Of a DNA stretch of 40,445 nucleotides, positions 24,608 to 33,219 are shown piece after piece. How positions within the stretch are numbered: the first letter of the stretch is position 1; each line of letters begins with the position of its first letter. The notes under the pieces are model-generated. The model was not told the origin of the DNA. It saw only the letters and a list, made by a program, of their open reading frames with translations, and made no database searches. The DNA is from a virus: IMG/VR virus record IMGVR_UViG_3300037882_000671, positions 1-40,445 of that record, one strand, 5' to 3'. The position numbers and the translations under genes were made by a program.

Positions 24608-24742
24608 TTACGGATTACACACCTTCTTGCAATATCCCATGCCAAGATTTGTTTGAGCAATGCACTCATAGACGCATTGCACGTTAGATGCTTGCGATGC
24701 AGTAGATGCAAGTAGAATAGATAATACTAGCAGGATTCTCAT
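24608..24742 (-). CDS. 44-aa secreted Cys-rich peptide (MRILLVLSILLASTASQA|SNVQCVYECIAQTNLGMGYCKKVCNP)
   Basis: Translated by hand. The ATG overlaps the scaffold TGA (ATGA). Signal-peptide-like N-terminus, then CX3C...CX3C. Below the track cutoff. Confidence 0.5.
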   Translation of the reverse strand: MRILLVLSILLASTASQASNVQCVYECIAQTNLGMGYCKKVCNP

Positions 24743-25743
24743 AGTCTCACTCCTCTTTCCCCTAATTCCTTCGCCTCTTTCTGAGCGCGTCGGAAATCTT
24801 CTGTTTTATAGTTCATTAGTTCTTCAAGCGTGGCCTTCGCAATCTCTTGCGCCCCACCTTTCTGGGCTATCCCACCAGTACCAGGCGTTCCAATAAAGCT
24901 GCCTGACTTCTTCTTGCCTTCAGCCACGGCAGCAAGATTAGGAACCGTCTTATCCACTGGCTTGGGTGCATTATTAGCAGATTTCTCGTAAGGATTAAAG
25001 CCATTTTCGAGGGCAAGCAGCTTAAAGGCCGAGCGAACGTCGATTCCCTTGTTGGCTTTATCCGCCACAAACAACGCCTCTTCCTGCTTTGCCAGTTGCT
25101 TAAGCTGCGCTGGCGTAGCAGTAGGATATTTCTGCTCCAATAGTTCATTCAACTTTGTTTGTGCAAACTTATAGCTATTGGCATACACCTCATCGCTGTT
25201 TTGCCAGTCATTATTCATGCGTTCCCATGCTGCTTCTGCCTGCGTCTGAGCTACTGTCTGCTTAAAGCTGGTAAACTCACCCTTCACGGCGTCCAATTGC
25301 TTCTGGTGTTGCCTGCTGTTCCACTCCATCCACGGCTTCGGGTCGAATGGATCGTATTCCGGCTCATGGTCGATAACGGGTGCGGGTTCCGGCTTTTTAT
25401 TGGCCTCCTGCAATGCCTCTAGTTTGGCAAGCCGAAGCTGTAATTCATGCTTCTCTGATCGTTCGCGCTCTAAATCAGATTGCGCCTGTTCCCATTTCTT
25501 CTTGTTGGCAACGCGGTTGCGTGCAGCAAGGTTCTGTGGGGTTTCTTCTGGCGCACGCTCTCCTTCAGGCGGTGGTGCTTCTGCTGGTTCTTCCACATCA
25601 GGCTCTGGTGCGTCCGGTTCAGGCGCTGGCTCGGCATTCAGCTCGGGTGCGTCAGCGGGCTTTTCTTCTGGCACCTTGGCTTCAGCCTCCTTCGCCTTTA
25701 ATTCCTCGACTTCCTTCTCAAGCATTGCAACTACATCAGTCAT
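24739..25743 (-). CDS. Scaffolding protein, 334 aa
   Basis: Lies between the portal and capsid genes. Acidic Pro/Glu-rich N-terminus, long coiled-coil-type sequence. AGGAG SD. Confidence 0.8.
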   Translation of the reverse strand: MTDVVAMLEKEVEELKAKEAEAKVPEEKPADAPELNAEPAPEPDAPEPDVEEPAEAPPPEGERAPEETPQNLAARNRVANKKKWEQAQSDLERERSEKHELQLRLAKLEALQEANKKPEPAPVIDHEPEYDPFDPKPWMEWNSRQHQKQLDAVKGEFTSFKQTVAQTQAEAAWERMNNDWQNSDEVYANSYKFAQTKLNELLEQKYPTATPAQLKQLAKQEEALFVADKANKGIDVRSAFKLLALENGFNPYEKSANNAPKPVDKTVPNLAAVAEGKKKSGSFIGTPGTGGIAQKGGAQEIAKATLEELMNYKTEDFRRAQKEAKELGERGVRL

Positions 25744-25751
25744 GGACTCTC

Positions 25752-27857
25752 CTATATAGTGATGTTTAGATCTTTAATGGGGTGAGTAGATAGATACAGG
25801 TTCTCCATTTCTTTCTGGCGTGCCTCCGCATCTGTTTTATTAGCTTCCGATACCAGCTTATCCACGCCAGCGGTTTTATTAAGCGTGGCCGCTCCGCGCT
25901 CCTTCACCATGGCTTGACGCTCTGCAATCGTTGCTTCTTTCATGCCAATGTCCAGTTGCAGCATTTTCATATCGATAGCCTTCTTCTCGGCCTGCTGTTG
26001 TGGGTCAGGCTGTGGAAGCGTGAGCATCTCAATCCATTTCACCCGGTCGCCATTCTTCACTGGCAGGTACTCAGCGGCCAGTCGGTATGCGTCCAGCGCC
26101 TTCTCCGGCATGGTTGACGCTGTTACCAGCGCAATCTTATCCGCAAAGCCCATCATCGTGGCTTGCGTCTGCTCTTTCTGCGCTGGCGTAGTCGGTGCTT
26201 CCCCAATATCCACATCATACTCAGGCGCAAACTGGTTTTCGGACAACTCTGCATACTCCACAACACCCCTCTCACCAAGCACAGGAATTAGTGCCGAGCG
26301 GCTGTTGCGTGCCAGTACGCGGAAGAGACTCTCCATATATTTCGCATCTTCTTTCTGATACAGCGTGATAGCATCGAAGTTCAGCGCAAGGTTTGCCATC
26401 ACCTGCTTAATGCGCGTGGCTTCCAGAACGCCCGACACATCCTTTGCATCACTCATGCCAAGGAACTCGGGATTGATGTTGCTTACCTTACTGAAGCTAT
26501 TGGCAAACTCAGTGATGAGCGTCTCTAGTCCGGTTGGCAGGTATGGCTCCTGTTTATTGCGAATGCCCGCAATATCATTCACGCCAATAGCTGTAGAATT
26601 CAGGGCATAGGCTTTCTCGAACTCCGCCACGTTTGGCACGGCATCCAGGTTATACAACACACCTGGACGGGCAGTAGAGGATACAATCTTGATAAACTCG
26701 CTGATAGCCTTGTTGTAATAACGCTGCGGTTCACGGAGTGGCGTTACAATACCGAACCAGAGATTGCGGTTCTTATCGCGCGAGCCTGTTTTAAACTTAA
26801 TGCTGAAACCAGTTTGATTAATAGACTTCCACTTCTTAAACACCTTATCGCCGGAGATAATGGCGCGGTAGAATACCTTGCGCTTACCTTCATCCATTGA
26901 GTATTCAACCCCAAGGGAATCGAGTAATGCAGCCACGCTATCATACGTGGTCTTGTTCATCGTGAGGATTTCAGCGCGTGGGTCGAATGAGAATATATCC
27001 TCAAGCCCATCCTCATCATCAATCATCTCAGTTTGTTTCTTCTTCAGCGTATCGAACGCCATGAGCAGATAGCCAGCAATGGCCTGATTCTTTTCCTCAA
27101 AGATGGGATTCTCAATGCGGTAATATTTCTCAATATCGTACCACTCATAGAAATACACCTTCACCATGCTGCGGTCGGTAATATCCCAATCGAATGCACG
27201 GGCGGTATAGATGCCGCCCTGCGGCCAGTATTTGTATGGGGTGCGATTCTCAATCTCGGTATCAGTGTAATCCTCTTCCTTGCCGCCGAATAGCTGCACG
27301 GCAGTTTCCGGGTCATACTTGCGTTCAACGAATACCCAGCGTGAATCCAGCAGGTTTGTTTGCTTGGCTTCCGGGTCCCACCATGTGTCATCAGTGCATT
27401 CCTGCTTTACGATGTCACCGTTCGGATTGGTGGCAGGCTCATAGATAAGGTCGGTTGCAATAGCACCCACACCACATGTCACAAGCTCAATATCCTGCAT
27501 AGTTTCGTGCTGGTCTGCATTGCAGTCTCCGCGCACATAATCGGAGAGCGCATTCATGTACTCACTGCGCTTTTGTTGCTGCACACTATCCGTCATGCGC
27601 GCGGAATACTCAGGCTTGCGGCGGTTCTGCGCCATGAAACCCACGATGCTGTCCACATACGGACGAATGCGGTTTTGCGATGTAGCAAAGATACGCTGGT
27701 CTAAGCTGATATTAATTTCCAGATAGTCTTTGTCGCCTGAATAATACCCGCGATTGATCTTGTCCTCGTCCTTCTGCTTGCGAAGACCGCTCTTTGAGAT
27801 GTTGTAGTGTCCTTGCTTGTCGTAAAACTGCTGGACTATTGCTTCATTTGATTTCAT
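25752..27857 (-). CDS. Portal protein, 701 aa
   Basis: ATG 27857 overlaps the terminase TGA (ATGA). Size and position. Confidence 0.88.
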   Translation of the reverse strand: MKSNEAIVQQFYDKQGHYNISKSGLRKQKDEDKINRGYYSGDKDYLEINISLDQRIFATSQNRIRPYVDSIVGFMAQNRRKPEYSARMTDSVQQQKRSEYMNALSDYVRGDCNADQHETMQDIELVTCGVGAIATDLIYEPATNPNGDIVKQECTDDTWWDPEAKQTNLLDSRWVFVERKYDPETAVQLFGGKEEDYTDTEIENRTPYKYWPQGGIYTARAFDWDITDRSMVKVYFYEWYDIEKYYRIENPIFEEKNQAIAGYLLMAFDTLKKKQTEMIDDEDGLEDIFSFDPRAEILTMNKTTYDSVAALLDSLGVEYSMDEGKRKVFYRAIISGDKVFKKWKSINQTGFSIKFKTGSRDKNRNLWFGIVTPLREPQRYYNKAISEFIKIVSSTARPGVLYNLDAVPNVAEFEKAYALNSTAIGVNDIAGIRNKQEPYLPTGLETLITEFANSFSKVSNINPEFLGMSDAKDVSGVLEATRIKQVMANLALNFDAITLYQKEDAKYMESLFRVLARNSRSALIPVLGERGVVEYAELSENQFAPEYDVDIGEAPTTPAQKEQTQATMMGFADKIALVTASTMPEKALDAYRLAAEYLPVKNGDRVKWIEMLTLPQPDPQQQAEKKAIDMKMLQLDIGMKEATIAERQAMVKERGAATLNKTAGVDKLVSEANKTDAEARQKEMENLYLSTHPIKDLNITI

Positions 27858-29533
27858 AAACTTTCCCACCCGCTAGGGGCTTTCGATTGTGTTGATACCA
27901 TTCCAACCGCAGGGAAGTTGGCCTTCAAATCCTCATCCATAATACGACTCGTCGCATCCAACACATCATCATGCTTAGGGTGCGGATATACCAATAGCTC
28001 GTTGTTCAGGAAGTCATGCACTAAGTCCATGTTCACGCCCGCGCTGGTCTTGTAGTTCAGTACCTTTGGCAGATAGAGCAGGTTATTCTCAAGCACCGGT
28101 ATCATGCGGCGGATGCGTTCAGGCTTGGAACGAATGCCGCCAAGCTCTACCACGCGGAAGCGATAGGTCTGCTCATCCATGGACTTTTGCAAGTAATGCA
28201 CATCAGATTGTATGCCATAGGATTCGTAGCCAACAGTCGGTGACTTGCCCGATGATCCAGCCCATTTGCGGTGTACTTCCATCACTTTGTCCACACGCGC
28301 AGTTGGATTGAGCCTATCGCGTACAATATCGAGAACGTAGTAGTTCTTATCGGATGCAAGCCCAATCACCACGATAGCGGTAAAGTCGGATTTAGCCTGT
28401 CGCTCCGCCTCCGTTGCTTTGCCCGCCGGGTCAACGAGGATGAATATGTTCATCCCTGTGCCGGTTAGTTGTTTATCGTAATAGCGCACATCATCAGCTT
28501 TGAACTCCGCACCGGACGGCATGGCGAATGCCTCTTCTGGAGAGTGAGGGTATTCACGCTTAAATGCATCCGTGCCAAGAGCAATGGACACTAGGCCAGT
28601 AGATGGATCGGTAACGCCCAACTCGCGTATCTTCTTTCTGCGCCACGCCAGTTGTTCATCGGATAGCCCGTATTGCACAGACAGGCGCTCTTCCTCTGCA
28701 TCACGAATCCATAATGAGTTCCACTCATCAACATACTCATCCTGCCAGAACCACGGGATGAACACGGCCTCGAAGTCTGATTCTTTATTGACAGCTTTTA
28801 GCCACTCCGAATGAAAGTGATTGTTCGGCCCGTCACTGGTAGATTCGTACCATATCTCTGTGCCCACTGCATCTGACCCCGACGGCACCGCCTGTTGCAG
28901 CCCACGCGTAAGCCGTTCTGCATTCTGCCAGAAAGCAACCTCCGAACCATGTAGGTATTGCAATGTTTGCGAGCGCCCCGTTTCCTTGTTGCCAGCCGTG
29001 CCGATACGATAGCCGCTATCGAGATTGGGAAACTCCATCTCTTTCGTGTTGCTTGCGCCTAATGCCGGGCGTAATTGCTGCGGGCAATTGGTGTAATAAC
29101 GCTCTGCCATCTCGAACAGGGATTTGGTAGCCTCACCATCATGCGTGAGAATGAATGCGCGTTTACCCTTGGCTGTGGTGGTTTTCCAGAAGATGCGGCC
29201 TTGTACGAAAGAAGAAAAGCCTTGTTGCCTGCCTTTAAGCCCAACGATACGAACATAGCCGCGTGTAGCAAGCTGCTTCTCTGCTATAGCGTTAAGGTGG
29301 CGCTGCGCTGCATTTAGGGTAAACGGTTCAATACCGCCGCTCTTGGTGCGAATCTTCAGGCATGTGCTGGCATAATAGGGAAAGTCACTTACCAGTTGAC
29401 TTGCCAAGCCCAGCTTTTTCTCGTTCAACCCGGTCAAGTAACTGCTCCCATGATTCGTGTGTAGTGTCTTTCTGTTCAATAGCCTGTGGCATCTTGCGGT
29501 GGATGTATGGGGCTGCCTTGCTTGCCATATCAC
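27854..29533 (-). CDS. terL: Terminase large subunit. The true start is probably near 29407-29430, since the listed N-terminus overlaps the upstream gene.
   Basis: Walker-A-like VGLKGRQQGFSS, ..TLQYLHGSEVAFW.., and C-terminal nuclease-type segments. The first ~45 listed residues have non-protein-like composition. Confidence 0.9.
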   Translation of the reverse strand: MIWQARQPHTSTARCHRLLNRKTLHTNHGSSYLTGLNEKKLGLASQLVSDFPYYASTCLKIRTKSGGIEPFTLNAAQRHLNAIAEKQLATRGYVRIVGLKGRQQGFSSFVQGRIFWKTTTAKGKRAFILTHDGEATKSLFEMAERYYTNCPQQLRPALGASNTKEMEFPNLDSGYRIGTAGNKETGRSQTLQYLHGSEVAFWQNAERLTRGLQQAVPSGSDAVGTEIWYESTSDGPNNHFHSEWLKAVNKESDFEAVFIPWFWQDEYVDEWNSLWIRDAEEERLSVQYGLSDEQLAWRRKKIRELGVTDPSTGLVSIALGTDAFKREYPHSPEEAFAMPSGAEFKADDVRYYDKQLTGTGMNIFILVDPAGKATEAERQAKSDFTAIVVIGLASDKNYYVLDIVRDRLNPTARVDKVMEVHRKWAGSSGKSPTVGYESYGIQSDVHYLQKSMDEQTYRFRVVELGGIRSKPERIRRMIPVLENNLLYLPKVLNYKTSAGVNMDLVHDFLNNELLVYPHPKHDDVLDATSRIMDEDLKANFPAVGMVSTQSKAPSGWESL

Positions 29534-29705
29534 CTGCCGCTGTAATGTCGCCCACTTCCCATAACCGCTTGGTAGCCATGAGCATGTAATCCAGAGGCAT
29601 CACGCCAATCTCTTGAGCTTTGGCAATAACCTCTTGCTTGTCCTTATTGGGGGTTCCCCTCTTTCTCCCACCCCTATGCTCCCCAGGTCTAGAGCCTCTC
29701 GCCAT
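29385..29705 (-). CDS. Putative terminase small subunit, 106 aa
   Basis: MARGSRPGEHRGGRKRGTPNKDKQ.. basic N-terminus and ..AAPYIHRKM.. motif. Lies directly upstream of terL. Confidence 0.5.
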   Translation of the reverse strand: MARGSRPGEHRGGRKRGTPNKDKQEVIAKAQEIGVMPLDYMLMATKRLWEVGDITAAGDMASKAAPYIHRKMPQAIEQKDTTHESWEQLLDRVEREKAGLGKSTGK

Positions 29706-29883
29706 TTTTGCTACTCTTTGCTTGTATAGAAAGGTCGAACCCCATTGGGATTCTTGGCTTAGAGTACGGATTGCCCTCAGAGTCATAGACAACGCATGGG
29801 CGCGGTTTGCGTGACTCATGGATTGTCACCGAATGTACGCCCTCCGCTCTATCATCCATCCAGATGTAGTCACTATCTCGCAT
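29689..29883 (-). CDS. Hypothetical protein, 64 aa
   Basis: ATG 3 nt after the upstream TAG. More protein-like than the competing frame 29706-29819. Confidence 0.45.
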   Translation of the reverse strand: MRDSDYIWMDDRAEGVHSVTIHESRKPRPCVVYDSEGNPYSKPRIPMGFDLSIQAKSSKNGERL

Positions 29884-29886
29884 GGA

Positions 29887-30525
29887 CTAAACCCGCATCT
29901 CACTAATATCCAACGTCTCTTGCAACTGGCCGAGATCGTTAATCTTGGTTTTGACAGAGCGCAGAGTGAGTGCATGCTGGCATTGACGAAGGATGATGCG
30001 CTTTTCGGATGTGAGGTTGATTGTTTCCGCATATCCACCAACCTGAATGATTGCAGTGCCTTGGTCGGGACGCAGGATAATCTTTCCGCGACTTCCGAGG
30101 ATTGCCTCGGCTTGCTTCTTCATTTCCATGAGGTCATATGGGATGTCGTATTTCTTGAGTTCTTTTTGCTTCTTACGGGCGATAGCTGCTTCAGCTTGTA
30201 GCTCTTTGCGAATTTCATCTTCGCGCATTTGTGCGGCGACGCGTTTGCGGATGTCATCCTCAATGGCTGCGTCGAACACTGTTTTGGGTGCAAATGCGAC
30301 ATTTGTTTCTTCGGCAAGGTTTATTTCTTTTTTGAGAGTGTCGCCCACAATGATTGAGACTGTCTTTGCATCATCATCGGATGCTTCAGTTTCTGGAATA
30401 GATTCAGGAGTGGCGTTATTTGCCTTGTTAATCATGCGCTGAAGAATATGCGCTGGGGTTCCTTCTTTTGGATTAAGCCCTAATTCCTGGGCCTGTGCGA
30501 ATAATTCTGATTTTTCGGCAGGCAT
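29887..30525 (-). CDS. Hypothetical protein, 212 aa, with a HeH/Rho_N-like N-terminal helix pair and a charged coiled coil
   Basis: Internal ATG 30525 with GGAG SD (MPAEKSELFAQAQELGLNPKEG..). Confidence 0.7.
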   Translation of the reverse strand: MPAEKSELFAQAQELGLNPKEGTPAHILQRMINKANNATPESIPETEASDDDAKTVSIIVGDTLKKEINLAEETNVAFAPKTVFDAAIEDDIRKRVAAQMREDEIRKELQAEAAIARKKQKELKKYDIPYDLMEMKKQAEAILGSRGKIILRPDQGTAIIQVGGYAETINLTSEKRIILRQCQHALTLRSVKTKINDLGQLQETLDISEMRV

Positions 30526-30577
30526 GGTGTCTCCATTCGTTAGACACTCCCGCTTAAGTGCATTCCCGCAATGTAAA

Positions 30578-30627
30578 ACACGGCATCCCATGCGGGTGGG
30601 GGGTTCGGCTGGCCAGCCTAGCCGTGT
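30578..30627 (-). terminator. Branched GC-rich hairpin (ACACGGC...GCCGTGT followed by TTT) containing the palindrome GGCTGGCCAGCC; possible intrinsic terminator or processing site
   Basis: 7-bp outer stem 30578-30584/30621-30627 read directly. Short U-run. Sits in the 111-nt gap between 30637 and 30525. Confidence 0.3.
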
Positions 30628-30636
30628 CAGTGTATG

Positions 30637-30858
30637 TTACTCTTTTGCAATAGGCAATGCAATATCATTTTCTAACCTTGCTACCGCAACCCACGCGCTT
30701 TCGTGGCTATTCGGCATACCAAGCACACTAAAAACCTGATGTGCATTTTCAATCGGCACTTCAAGAATTATCTGGAGTACCTTTCGGCTTTGAACGTTTT
30801 TGAAGTTTGCGTATGTTGCTTGAAATGCTGCTGGTTTATTTTCATCGTCTGTTATCAT
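30637..30858 (-). CDS. Hypothetical protein, 73 aa
   Basis: ATGA overlap with the upstream gene. Confidence 0.65.
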   Translation of the reverse strand: MITDDENKPAAFQATYANFKNVQSRKVLQIILEVPIENAHQVFSVLGMPNSHESAWVAVARLENDIALPIAKE

Positions 30859-31544
30859 GTGCTTTCCCTATGGTGATTGGAGTTTTGCTTGTTTGCTTCA
30901 AAGGCGGTGTAAGCTTGGATATCCTCTTCCGTGGAGCCGTTTTCTTTCATCAAAGCTATAGTTTTTGCATGCACATCTTCGTGTTGTTTTGGCGTTAATA
31001 AACTTTCACCACGCTCAACTTTAGCAATCACATCAGCCGCCAATATCCTTGATTTCTCGCGCTCTTCTTGCAGAAGTTTCCAGAGCTTGCCGACTTCGTG
31101 CTCAAGGTCTTGCACTTTGGCACGTAGCCTTAGATTCTCTTCAAGCGTGGCAACCTCTTTGTGTTCGTCATTGCATCCATATAGCTCGTCTTGCTGCTCG
31201 ACACGATATCGCTTCATCAACACCCATTCCTCATCGGTGCGGTATTCGGGATCTTTCTTGCTGATATCGATGTAAATTTCTTTCGCAACCGGCTCTTTCC
31301 CATTACGCTTGATAAGCCCGATAATGTCGGCAGGAGTGGGAAATTCTTGCTTTCGCTCAAGCCAGATTTCCAAAGCACGAACAACCTTTTCAGCAGGGTA
31401 TCTGGCAAATGCCCTCTGGAAAAGGTTGATAACCCCACCAGAGCTTTCAACATCCCGTCCGTAGAGCTTCTGAAGCGCCAGCGAAGCCCCGATAAGCTCA
31501 TCCAACTTCTCTTGATGCGGCACGCTCTCGCTGAGCGCGGGCAT
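30855..31544 (-). CDS. Replication-module protein, ~229 aa (possible helicase-loader-like; alternative GTG start 31607)
   Basis: Follows the initiator gene. Motif ..YPAEKVVRALEIWLERKQEFPTPADIIGLI.., then a coiled coil. Confidence 0.7.
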   Translation of the reverse strand: MPALSESVPHQEKLDELIGASLALQKLYGRDVESSGGVINLFQRAFARYPAEKVVRALEIWLERKQEFPTPADIIGLIKRNGKEPVAKEIYIDISKKDPEYRTDEEWVLMKRYRVEQQDELYGCNDEHKEVATLEENLRLRAKVQDLEHEVGKLWKLLQEEREKSRILAADVIAKVERGESLLTPKQHEDVHAKTIALMKENGSTEEDIQAYTAFEANKQNSNHHREST

Positions 31545-32355
31545 CTGCGATTCCCTGTGCAATGTGATCGATTTTTGATTTCTTTGTTCCGTTAATTCCG
31601 TTTGCACCCTTCACCTCTCCAAGTTCGTCGTTCCATCGTCTGTTCCGTAGCCAGCGGCGGCAATCCATGGCCTTACCACCAAGTACATCAGGCGAGTCTC
31701 GATACCTCTGAACCTCCGCCATAAGCTTTTCGTGGGTAACCTCGCCACTCTCGATAGCCTTGCGGTATTCCTGCCAAGCCTCTTCCTTCCCTCCCTTCAC
31801 CGACCTACCGTTACTCACCCGGCATGGGTAAATCACCCAAAGCTCTTCAAAAAAGCTCTTGTCAGCCTTCAGCACCTCAGCGTCACCCGGAGGGGGACTG
31901 ACGGGGTATATGCAAGAGGGATTCAAGGAAGAGGGATTCAAGGAAGAGGCCGGGTCGGCAATTGCCTGGATAGGTGCTTGCACCTGCCTAGGTTGGTGCT
32001 TGGGTATTTCCTCTTTAGTTTCAATACCTTCCTTGGTTGGTTCTGGAATGGTGCTGGCACTTTCTTTCATGTGCGGCTTCTGGTGTTTTAGGAAACTTGT
32101 GATTTGTATGTATCTGACACCCCCCACCTCGTACCTGACAATGAGATTCTTGGATGCCAACTGTTGCAACAAAACATCAACATCGCAGTTGTCACAGGGA
32201 AGTAATTGGATTTTTATCTGCTTGGGTCTATCTTCCAAACGACCCTCTCTATCCGCCACACACCACAAACCAGAAAAAAGAATACGTGCCAATGGATCGC
32301 ATTCCAACAGGTCGGCGTTAGTGAAAAACCCCGGCTTAAGATTACGCGACCTCAT
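31498..32355 (-). CDS. Replication initiator / replisome-organiser-like DNA-binding protein, ~285 aa
   Basis: N-terminal RNLKPGFFTNADLLECDPLARILFSGLWCVADREGRLEDRPKQIK pattern is common in phage replication proteins. GGAG SD before ATG 32355. Confidence 0.8.
   Translation of the reverse strand: MRSRNLKPGFFTNADLLECDPLARILFSGLWCVADREGRLEDRPKQIKIQLLPCDNCDVDVLLQQLASKNLIVRYEVGGVRYIQITSFLKHQKPHMKESASTIPEPTKEGIETKEEIPKHQPRQVQAPIQAIADPASSLNPSSLNPSCIYPVSPPPGDAEVLKADKSFFEELWVIYPCRVSNGRSVKGGKEEAWQEYRKAIESGEVTHEKLMAEVQRYRDSPDVLGGKAMDCRRWLRNRRWNDELGEVKGANGINGTKKSKIDHIAQGIADARAQRERAASREVG
31914..31949. repeat. Perfect 15-bp tandem direct repeat gagggattcaaggaa x2.4 (encodes SSLNPSSLNPS on the - strand); iteron candidate
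   Basis: Read directly at 31916-31930 and 31931-31945, plus partial copies on each side. Confidence 0.9.
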
Positions 32356-32914
32356 TCTTGCTCCATTTATCAAGATATTGACAGTACGAGTCACGAATGA
32401 CCTGCATACAATCTGGTTGCTCTAGGAACCAAGATACTGCTGAAACATCTGGGTCGTGACCCGATAAATTTGAGCGAGATAAACAATCAGAAAACTCTGT
32501 GAAATGACGAGAAAGCCATCCTTTTTCAGATAATGTTCTTAATAAGAATTGTTTGGCCCCATATAGGCTTTCTGTCTCCTCTTGGTGACATGACTCGCAT
32601 AACGTCACTAGAGAAGTATTTGGATATTCCCAGGGCTTATTTCCCTTTTCATAATAACAATGATGAACATTTAAAGTTGACTGACTATCAAAGCACGATT
32701 GGCATGTAAATTCATCGCGTTCCATTATTTCTAATCGTTTTTTCTGCCATTTTGGATCGCGCAGCAATGATAAATACTCACTGTTAACTTTTTTTCTTCT
32801 CATATTTTCCTCGCACTTCCCCGCAGTGTTAAAAGAGGCGAAGGCGTGGTGATAGCGAGGAAGCCCACCACATACAGTTGCAATTCTGTTGCCTTCGCCA
32901 TTCCTTAAACTCAT
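32342..32914 (-). CDS. HNH endonuclease (start either 32914 with ATGA coupling, or 32803 with GAGG SD)
   Basis: LRDPKWQKKRLEIMERDEFTCQSC....LNVHHCYY......LVTLCESCH matches the HNH/zinc pattern. Confidence 0.8.
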   Translation of the reverse strand: MSLRNGEGNRIATVCGGLPRYHHAFASFNTAGKCEENMRRKKVNSEYLSLLRDPKWQKKRLEIMERDEFTCQSCFDSQSTLNVHHCYYEKGNKPWEYPNTSLVTLCESCHQEETESLYGAKQFLLRTLSEKGWLSRHFTEFSDCLSRSNLSGHDPDVSAVSWFLEQPDCMQVIRDSYCQYLDKWSKNEVA

Positions 32915-33219
32915 ACCCTCACCATCCCATAGCCATGCGCATAACCCTTGCCGTACACCGTGACGGGAATGCCTTGCTCTGTTTTATACTGATTGATAAT
33001 TTTTATAGAAGAATCTTTAGCCACAAGCGCCCTCCTATAATCTGCATAACCCAAACCAAGCGCACGCTTACGCGTATGTATGGTTGCAAAACTAACTTTC
33101 TGGAAATGCTCTGAAATGTACGCCGCAATATCAACATCGGACATGCCGCGCCCGTTTAATTCAGCAATCAATGCATCGTGTGTGCCGTCCATGACGGGAT
33201 TGCGGGGGCGACCTGTCAT
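32911..33219 (-). CDS. Small HTH-type DNA-binding protein, 102 aa
   Basis: ATGA overlap with the VRR-NUC stop. ..LIAELNGRGMSDVDIAAYISEHF... looks like a sigma-r4/GcrA-type HTH. Confidence 0.6.
   Translation of the reverse strand: MTGRPRNPVMDGTHDALIAELNGRGMSDVDIAAYISEHFQKVSFATIHTRKRALGLGYADYRRALVAKDSSIKIINQYKTEQGIPVTVYGKGYAHGYGMVRV

Noticed and set aside
25380-25769. Three overlapping + ORFs (129, 119 and 73 aa) inside the scaffold gene.
   Set aside because: They are low-complexity mirror frames of the Pro/Glu/Ala-rich scaffold N-terminus.
30595-30625. tRNA-like T-loop (gggttcggctgg).
   Set aside because: There is no flanking T-stem complementarity, and no acceptor or anticodon arms can be drawn. 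I found no convincing tRNA in any intergenic region.
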